From NCBI RefSeq assembly GCF_009914755.1, contig NC_060948.1: 64,000 bases of DNA. One strand, written 5' to 3'. This DNA is from the human T2T-CHM13v2.0 reference genome, Homo sapiens. Below, piece by piece: positions 56,070 through 64,000 of the stretch; positions within the stretch are counted from its first letter, which is position 1; every line of letters starts with the position of its first letter. Made by a program: the position numbers and the translations under genes. The notes under the pieces were generated by a model. It saw only the letters and a list, made by a program, of their open reading frames with translations, was not told where the DNA came from and made no database searches.

Positions 56070-56989
56070 TATTACCACAAAGTGGTCTCCATTCAGACCC
56101 CAAGAGAAGGATTTTGGACCTCATGTAAGGAAGAATTCAGGGTAAATCTATAGAGCAAAGTGAAAGCAAGTTTATTAAGAAAGTAAAGGCATGGCCAGGC
56201 ATGGTGGCTCATGCCTGTAATCCCAACACTTTGGGAGGCCAAGGCAGGTGAATTACCTGAGGTCAGCGTTCAAGACCAGCCTGGCCAATGTGGCGAAACT
56301 CTGTTTCTACACAAAAATTACCTGGGTGTGGTGGGGCACACTGTAGTCTCAGCTACTTGGGAGGCTGAGGCAGAATCATTCAAACCCAGGAGGTGGAGGT
56401 TGCAGTGAGCCGAGAGAGCGCTACTGTACTCCAGCCTGAGTGACAGAGCAAGACTCTATCTCAAAAAAAGAAAAAAAGAAAAGGAGTAAAGAATGGCTAT
56501 TCTATAGGCACAGCAGCAGCTTGGTCTGCTGGACAAAGGATACTTATAGTTATTTATTGATTATATGCTAAACAAGGGGTGGAATATTCATTATTTTTCT
56601 GGGAAAGGGGTGGACAATTCCCAGAACTGAGGGTTTCTCTCCCTTTTAGACCATATAGGGTAATTTCCAGATGTTGCCATAGCATCTGTAAACGGTCATG
56701 TTGCTGGTGGGAGAGTCTCTTAGTATGCTAATGAATTATAATTAGAGTATAAAGAGCAGTGAGAATGACCAGAGATTGCTTTTGTTTCCATCTTGGATTT
56801 GGTGGCTTTTGGCTGGCTTCTTTACCACATGCTGTTTTATCAGCAAGACCTGTATCTTGTGCCAGCCTCCTATCCCATCCTGTGACTTAGAATGCCTCAC
56901 CTCCTGGGAATGCAGCCCAGTAGGTCTTGGCCTCGTATTACCCAGACCATATTCAAGATGGAGTCGCCCTGGTTCAAACACCTCTGACA
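56070..56989 (-). mobile_element. MER41 (MER41B-like, ERV1) solo LTR interrupted by AluS (56193-56480)
   Basis: Minus strand begins tgtcagaggtgtttgaaccagggcgactccatcttgaat; possible 4-bp TSD tgaa/tgag. Confidence 0.9.
56597..56626. promoter_or_regulatory. Tandem GAS (STAT1) motifs within MER41
   Basis: TTCTGGGAA at 56597-56605 and TTCCCAGAA at 56618-56626 both fit TTCNNNGAA; activity not shown. Confidence 0.55.
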
Positions 56990-57179
56990 TGAGTACTTTC
57001 CTTAGATCCCTCCCTCCTACCAATAAATGAAGGCTTTCTCAGTACAAGGTGGACGCTCCTCATCTGAAAATCCAAAATCCAAAATGTTCTAAAATCTTTA
57101 ACTTTTGGAATGCTGACCTGACATCGGATTTTCTGCATGTATGGCTGAGAGACTGACAACTTACACCTTTGCTTCCTCT

Positions 57180-57485
57180 TTCATTTTTTTACTTTCTTTC
57201 AGACAAGGTCTCACCCTGTTTCCCACCATGGCTGTAGTGCAGTGGTGTGACAATAGCTCACTACAACCTCCACCTCCTGGGTTCAAGAGATCCTCCCACC
57301 TCACCCTCCTAAGTAGCTGGGACTACAGCTGTGTACCATCACACCATGCTAATTTTTGCATTTTTTGTTGAGATGGGATTTTGCAATGTTGCCTGGGCTG
57401 GTCTTGTACCCCTGGGTTCAAATGTTCCACCCACCTTGGTCTCCTGAAGTGCTGGGATTACAGGTGTGAGCTACCACACCCAGTC
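57180..57485 (-). mobile_element. AluJ
   Basis: Antisense Alu. Confidence 0.9.
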
Positions 57486-57558
57486 AACCTTTTCTTTCTG
57501 ATGTTTCAGTATAAACAAACTTTGTCTCATGCACAAAATTATTTAAAAATTTTGTATA

Positions 57559-57862
57559 GGTTGGGTGCAGTGGATAATGCCTATAACCCCAGCACTTTGG
57601 GAGGCTGAAGTGGGAGGACAGCTTGAGCTTAGGAGTTTGAGACCAGCCTGGGCAACATAACAAAACCCCATTTCTGGAAAAAATTAAAAATATAGGCCTG
57701 GTGGCATGTGCCTGTAGTCCCAGCTACTGGGAAGGCTGAGGTTCAAGGGTCACTTGGGCCCAGGAGATTGAGGCTGACATGAACTGTGGCTGCACCACTG
57801 CACCACAGCTCGGGTGACAGTGAGATCCTGACTCTAAAAGTATAATGATGATAATAATAAAA
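57559..57862 (+). mobile_element. AluJ
   Basis: Sense Alu, head-to-head with the previous one about 75 bp away. Confidence 0.9.
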
Positions 57863-58470
57863 ATAACAGTATTGTATATGAAAATGTATACAATACAATA
57901 GTCTATGTGTTTAAAGTATATATTAAACATAAATTAATTTTATGCTTGTACTTATGTCTTATCCCCAAGACATCTCCTTATGCATATGCAAATATTCCAG
58001 AAACTGAACAAATCTGAGATCTGCCACTGCTTCTGGTCCCAAGCATCTCAGATAAGGGAAACTCGGCATGTGGTAGTGAAAATGCTAAGTGTAGGTGGAG
58101 GATGTCTTGCTTTCCATGAGATGGTGCATTCTGAAGTGGACATAAGCCCAGGTGGGACTCTGGGCATCCCAACGATGGAATTTCCCCACATTCCTACTCA
58201 TGGCCCTCACCCCATGTCTTCTTTAGAGTTTTCTGAGCATCAGGGAAATCCGATGTAACGGCAATCATCAGCACCCATCCCTTGCAAATAACACAAATAA
58301 CCTCATCTGCCTATCATCTCACCAGATGCCACTTGTCCCAGGATGAGCTGACATGCCACTTCTGCAAGGAACACAGCATTGTTGATGCTAAAAATGGCGA
58401 AACAACAAAATGAAAAAATCTTGCTTCTTCTTAAACTCCTCTTGAAAAACTAAATCAAACCTGTGAGTCT

Positions 58471-58790
58471 GGCAGGGCATGGTGTCTCAAGCCTAGAATC
58501 CAAGCACTTTGGGAGGCTGAGGCTGGTGGATCACTTGAGATCAGACTGAGGCTGGTGGAGTTTGAGACCAGCCTGGGCAACATGACAAAATGCAGTCTCT
58601 ACTAAAAATACAAAAATTAGCTGGACATGGTGCCAGGTAGCTGTAGCCCTGGCTACTTGGAGGGCTGAGGTGGGAGAATCACTTGAGCCTGGGAGGTCAA
58701 GGCTCTAGTAAGCCATGAATGTGCCACTGCACTCTAGCCTGAGCAACAGAGCAAGATCCTGTCTCAAAACAAACAAACAAACAAACAAAA
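58471..58790 (+). mobile_element. Alu (AluJb/S) with a small internal duplication and (AAAC)n tail
   Basis: ctgaggctggtgga occurs twice in the left arm. Confidence 0.9.
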
Positions 58791-59322
58791 ATCCTGTGGA
58801 TCATCCTGTGGGGTGCTGTGATCATGACTCTAGGATATGAGACAGATATGTACCTTGACCACCAATAATCCCATTGCCACCATGGGCAACATGCAAATGA
58901 AGGGACTCTGAAGCTGGCTAAGAATTTTGTTCTTGAAGCTATGATTGCAGATGACTGGAGGAGGAATCATAACAGTAATAATAATAATAATAACTCTTGA
59001 CTTCAAAGGATCAGGCAAGAAAAAAGAGAGTTCTACAACAGCAGAAGTTTCTTTGCATTAAGCTGTTGGGAGGGAGGACTGGAGGGAGGGAGGACAGCCA
59101 TCTCCATTGCTGCTGCATGGTACAGCTTAGGCTATCATCACCAGGTGTTTTATTCCCCATACACTAGTAAACTGAACTTTGCAACGACAAATATTTGTGG
59201 GAAGAAAAGGATTTTAAAGATAGAAATTGAAAACAACAACCTGGGTCAGAGGAGTGAGAAATCTACATCAATTCAAATGCAGAGGACATCCCACCCAGTG
59301 TTCACTGGTAAATCAGAGAGGC

Positions 59323-59663
59323 TGTATTCATCTGTTTTCATGCTGCTGATAAAGACATAGCTGAGACTGGGCAATTTACAAAAGAAAGAGGTTTAATGGA
59401 CTCACAGTTCCATGTTGCTGGGGAGGCCTGATGGATCATGGCTCATATGATGGCAGACAAGAGAAGAGAATTTGTGTGGGGAAACTCCCCTTTATAAAAT
59501 CATCAGATCTTGTGAGACTTATTCACTATCATGAGACTAGCACGGGAAAGACCCGCCCCTGTGATTCAATTACCTCCCACTGGGTCGTTCCCACAACACG
59601 TGAGAATTGTAGGAGCTACAATTCAAGATGAGATTTTGGTAAAGACACAGCCAAACCATATCA
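59323..59663 (-). mobile_element. THE1 solo LTR
   Basis: tgtattcatctgttttcatgctgctgataaagac...ccaaaccatatca; perfect TSD gaggc. Confidence 0.93.
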
Positions 59664-60580
59664 GAGGCTAAATTTGAGCTGTGTCTTCATGTCAGGGTCT
59701 TACTCCACAGTTTGTTTGTCCTCATTCCTTCTGCAAACCCTGGAGGTACTCAGCCATAAGGATGCATCTCGGGGACCCTTCCTTGCTCCAGTTGAGTTCT
59801 GCACATTGTCATTTGCTATGATGATGGGTCCAGCCCCTACAGCAACTCCAGGACACAGGTCCAGACAGCCTTGGGTGCAGAAGATGCCAGAGGCTTGAGA
59901 CTAGATTTAACACAAGTGAAAACATCTGGAAGCATGTCCTGCTTCCCCTTTGAGTTTTGAAGAGCCAAGGAAAATTACTGTCATGCATCTTCAAAGAGGA
60001 TAAATGAAAGTTGGCATGCATGGGCGTATCATTGCATACAAAAATGCAATGCTTCCTCCAGGTCACCAATAGGGAAAGTGAGACATAACCCTATGCATAG
60101 TCTTTCTAGATGGATTGATGGAAACAACATCTGTATTGCATAATGTGTCACTAGATGCAATAAAAATAACCTCAGAAACATCTCTTGGACCATCTCAGAA
60201 TAAAGCACTTGGAAACGCTCAGTGGGCACATGCTTTGATAAGCAATCTAGCTTTCCTTTTAGAAATCTTATAACATCAACCTTACCATCATTTAGAGAGG
60301 AGGACATCTAAAAACGTTGGGCAAATTCTTGGGCTCTGAACTTGATCAGTCCATTGAAGAAACACGCTGACTTAGAGTGTCACTTCCTAGAATTTACAAA
60401 AAAATAATTCTTGCTTTGTTAAACAGCATCACATTCTGCACTTGTACTGTTCTACTATTTTCACATCAACCCATGCATGTCTCTTCCAAACATGACCTCA
60501 CTTGCTTGGGTGTTGGTGGGTCTTTGAACGTCCGTAGCAAATGATTTCAAAATCACTTTCTCACCAAGGATCCTAAGAAT

Positions 60581-60886
60581 CTGGATGAAATTGGAAATCA
60601 TCATTCTCAGTAAACTATCTCAAGAACAAAAAACCAAACACCGCATATTCTCTCTCATAGGTGGGAATTGAACAATGAGAACACATGGACACAGGAAGGG
60701 GAACATCACACTCTGGGGACTGTTGTGGGGTGGGGGGAAGGGGGAGGGATAGCACTAGGAGATATACCTAATGCTAGATGACGAGTTAGTGGGTGCAGCG
60801 CACCAGCATGGCACATGTATACATATGTGACTAATCTGCACATTGTGCACATGTACCCTAAAACTTGAAGTATAATAATAAAAAAA
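60581..60886 (+). mobile_element. L1PA2-like 3' terminal fragment
   Basis: gctagatgacGAGttagtgggtgcagcgcacc: GAG at the ACA/ACG/GAG diagnostic site; low divergence. Confidence 0.9.
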
Positions 60887-61024
60887 GGGGGGGAGGCAGT
60901 GAAGAAGAGGAGAAAAAGCATCTGCAATTATCATTCCCCCGCATATAATCACAAAACATACTAATGTGTTTAAGTTGATGTGGGAGTTACCATGCATTTC
61001 CTGATCTTACCTCATTGCAAAACA

Positions 61025-62562
61025 TCTTTTCTTTCCTTTCTTCCTTTTCTTTCTTTTTCCTTCCTTCCTGCTGGCTTTTCTTGCTCTTTTTTCTTTCCTC
61101 TTCCTTTTTCCTCTTTCTTCCTTTCCCCTCCCTCTCTTTCTCCCTCTCTCCTTCCTTCTTTCTCTTTTTTCTTTTTCTTTCTTTCTTCTTTTTCTTTTCT
61201 TTCTTTATTTCTTTCCTTTCTTTTTTCTCTCTCTTTCTTTTGCTTTATTTCTATTTTCTTTCCTCTCCTTTGTGCTCTTCCTTCCTTTCCCATCCCTCTC
61301 TTTCTCCCTCTCTGTATCCTTCCTTCCTTCCTTCTCTCTCTTTCTTTCTCTTTATTTCTTTTTTCTTTCCCCTTCCTTTTTGCTCTTTCTTCCTTTCCCC
61401 TCCCTCTCTTTCTCCCTCTCTCTCCTTCCTTCCTTCCTCCCTCCTTCCCCCTTCCCTCCCTCTCTTCTCTTTTCCCTTCACTTCCCTTCTCTTCTCCCTT
61501 CCCTTCTTTTCTCTCCTTCCTTCCCCCCCTTTCTTTCTTTCTCTCTCTTTTCTTTGTGTCTTTCTCTCTCTTTTTTCCTTCTTCTTTCATTCTTCTTCCC
61601 TTTTTCTTTCTTTCTTCCTTTCCCACTTCTCTTTTTCCCCCTCAATTTTCCTTCCCTCCCTTCCTTCTTTCCTTCCTTCCTGCCTTCCTCCCTTCCTGCC
61701 TTCCTCCCTCCCTCTCTTCCTCCCTCCCCCTCCTTCCCTCCATCTCCCTCTCTCCTCCCTTTCTTTTATATTCTTTTTTCTCTTTTCTTCTTTCTTTCTT
61801 TCTTTCATTCTTTCTTGCTTGCTTGCTTGCTTTCTCTCTCTTTCCTTTTCCTTTTTGTTCTTTCTTCCTTTACCTTCCCTTTCTTTCTCTCTCTCTATCC
61901 TTCCTTCCTTCCTCTCTCCTTCACTCTCTTCTCTCTTCTCTTCTCTCCTTCCTTCCTTCCTTTCCTCTTTGTCTTTCTTTTTTCTCTCTTTCTTTTTTTT
62001 CTTTCTTCTTCCTTTTTTCTTCTTTCTGTCTTCCTTTCCCCTCCTTCTCTTTTTCCCTCTCTCAATTTCCCCTCCCTTCCTTTCTTCCTGCCTTCCTGCC
62101 TTCCTTCCTCCCTCCCCCTCCTTCGCTCCTCCCCCTCCTTCCCTCCCTCCCCCTTCCTCCCCCCTTTCTTTTATATTCTTTTATTTTCTCTTTTCTTTCT
62201 TCTTCCTTTTTCTCTCTTTCACTTTCTTTTCTTTCTTCTGTTTCTCTCTTTCTTTCTTCCTTTCCCCTACCTCTCTTTCTCTCCCTCCCTTCTTCCCTCC
62301 CTTCATCCGTCTCTGTCTTTCTCCCTTCCTCTTCCTTCCCTTCTCTTCCCTTCCCCTCCCTCCCTCCCACCCTCCCTCCCTTCCTTCTTTTCCCTCTGTA
62401 TTCCTTTTTCTTCTTTCCTTCCTTTCTTTCTCTTTCTTCCTTTGCCTTTTCTCTTTTATTCTTTCTCCCTTTCTGCCTTTCTCGTGTACCTCCCTCCCTT
62501 CGTTTCCCCTTTCTTTCTTATTTCCTTCCTTGCTTGCTTTCTGCCTTCCTTTTTTTTTTTCC
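61025..62562. repeat. About 1.5-kb polypyrimidine tract
   Basis: Almost only C/T on the plus strand, with internal higher-order repeats. Confidence 0.96.
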
Positions 62563-62919
62563 AGAGCCCCTGTTAGTATCTTGAAGAACCAGACCCTTGC
62601 AGAATAGCCTGGGAGAAATGTTGCTGTACCATTAATGTCTCCCATGTTTTTTACTACAGTCTTCATGAATTCCACAGTAAACTCCAATTTCAAACTTCCT
62701 CTTGAGTTTTCGATCCACCTAGTGACTGTCCTGCATGCTCAACACAAAGATCATATGACACTGCATTATCTCAACCCTCCAGATTATCCATTCCCAGGAT
62801 CTCCTATTTCTCAAAATTTTTACCTGAAGCTTTCATCTCTCTTTCTCTAACATAATAATCTCTCTATTTTATTTTCTCTTTCCCACCAGAAGCCAATCAC
62901 CTACTTTGATTGAATAATT

Positions 62920-63770
62920 ATTATGAACTGAATTAAACCCTTTTGCTCCAAATTCATGGGTTTCAGCAGTATAAATCCTCATGTGAGATTATGTGAAGAC
63001 AAAGCCTTCAGGGAGGTGATTGGGTTTAGGTAAAATCATAAGAGAGGGGTGTTAATCTGATATGGCTGGTGAATTTATAAGAAGAGGAAAACATTTCAGA
63101 GTTCTCCATCTGCACAAACACAGAAGGACAAACTGTGAAGACATGGTGAGAAGACAACATCTACAAGTCAATGAGGGAGGCCTCAGGAAGAACCAGCCTT
63201 GCCCACACCTTGATCTCAGATGTCCAGCTTCCTGGACTGTAGAAGAGTAAATGTCTGTTGTTTAAGCCTCCCTGTCTATGGCATTCTGTGATAGCAGTCT
63301 TATAAGGAGAGGAGATGAGGACACAGACACAGGCACAGAGACAACCATGTAATGACACAGGGAAAAGATGATGTCTACAAAGTAAGGGGAGAGGCCTCAG
63401 GAGGAACCTTCCCTGCCTACACCTTGATCTTGGATGTTCAGCTTCAAGGATTGTGGGAGAATCAATATCTATTATTTCTAAGCCACCCAGTCTATGGTAT
63501 TCTGTTATAGTATCCTGAAATACACTAAGATATCTCATTAGAAGATAAGATGAGGACACAGACACACACAGAGGGATGACCCTGTGAGGATACAACCCTG
63601 TGAGGACACAAGGAGAAGGTGGCATCTACAAGCCAAGGAGCAGGTCTCAGGAGAAACCAGCCCTGGGTACACCTTGATCTTAGACTTCCAGCTTCAAGGA
63701 CTGTGGGAGAATCAGTGTCTGTTGTTTGAGCCATCGGGTCTGTAGGACTTTGTTACGATAGCCCTAATGG
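62920..63770 (+). mobile_element. MLT1-derived tandem array (3 units of about 225-240 bp)
   Basis: tctacaa...gcctcagga...caccttgatct...ctgttgttt recurs from about 63075, 63300 and 63536. Confidence 0.88.
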
Positions 63771-64000
63771 ATGGATATGCTGTTCTTTAAGCCTGTGGCC
63801 ATCACCATTCCTCTCCTCTGTCACCACCCTCAACCAGGCCTTCATCAACTGCAGCACAGCTCATAAATAGTTCCGAAAAGATTCTTCTGAGCTTTCCATG
63901 GGCTCACTGCCCATGGAAATTGAGCTGATTGAGCTTCAGAGTTTTTTTTTATGTTCAATTATATGCAAGTTATGTGGGATTCCACTCTATGGTGCAGAAG

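Larger units (their letters stand above)
57043..58070. mobile_element. Tigger4/MER46 (Zombi) DNA transposon interrupted by two AluJ
   Basis: tctgaaaatccaaaatccaaaatgttctaaaatc...cttctggtcccaagcatctcagataaggga. Confidence 0.8.

Noticed and set aside
62550-62640. Strong-looking splice acceptor tttttttttttccag
   Set aside because: Expected by chance at the end of a pyrimidine tract; no convincing donor downstream
60980-62693. Long ORFs of 534, 530 and 434 aa
   Set aside because: They lie in a C/T-only tract that cannot easily encode stop codons; open in all three frames; only Leu/Ser/Phe/Pro

Overview
Primate (very probably human or great-ape) non-coding genomic DNA that is AT-rich, CpG-poor and mostly made of interspersed repeats. 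It holds one full-length but inactive L1PA (6496-12372), many truncated L1s, about 24 Alus, many MaLR/ERV solo LTRs (THE1, MST, MLT1, MLT2, MER4, MER41, MER21-like), DNA transposons (MER82, MER20, MER44, Tigger4, MADE1) and four long polypurine/polypyrimidine tracts. I recognise no host protein-coding gene, RNA gene or CRISPR array. The long ORFs in the track are L1 remnants or low-complexity artefacts. Tandemly amplified MLT1 pieces and MER20/GATA clusters suggest distal Xp22.3 or its Y-chromosome homologue (inference only). I found no convincing new biological system. The best leads are: (i) three old short local duplications of apparently non-repeat DNA, one of them inverted and inserted into a MER44 with a template-switch signature; (ii) a MER41B-type LTR with both STAT1 GAS motifs intact; (iii) a clear twin-primed L1 inversion; (iv) an Alu-L1 composite inside a single TSD; (v) a MADE1 hit twice by Alus, giving a tail-to-tail inverted pair; (vi) one candidate isolated exon. 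Repeat subfamily names are from recalled consensus sequences. Boundaries without a TSD are approximate, and identities were estimated by eye.
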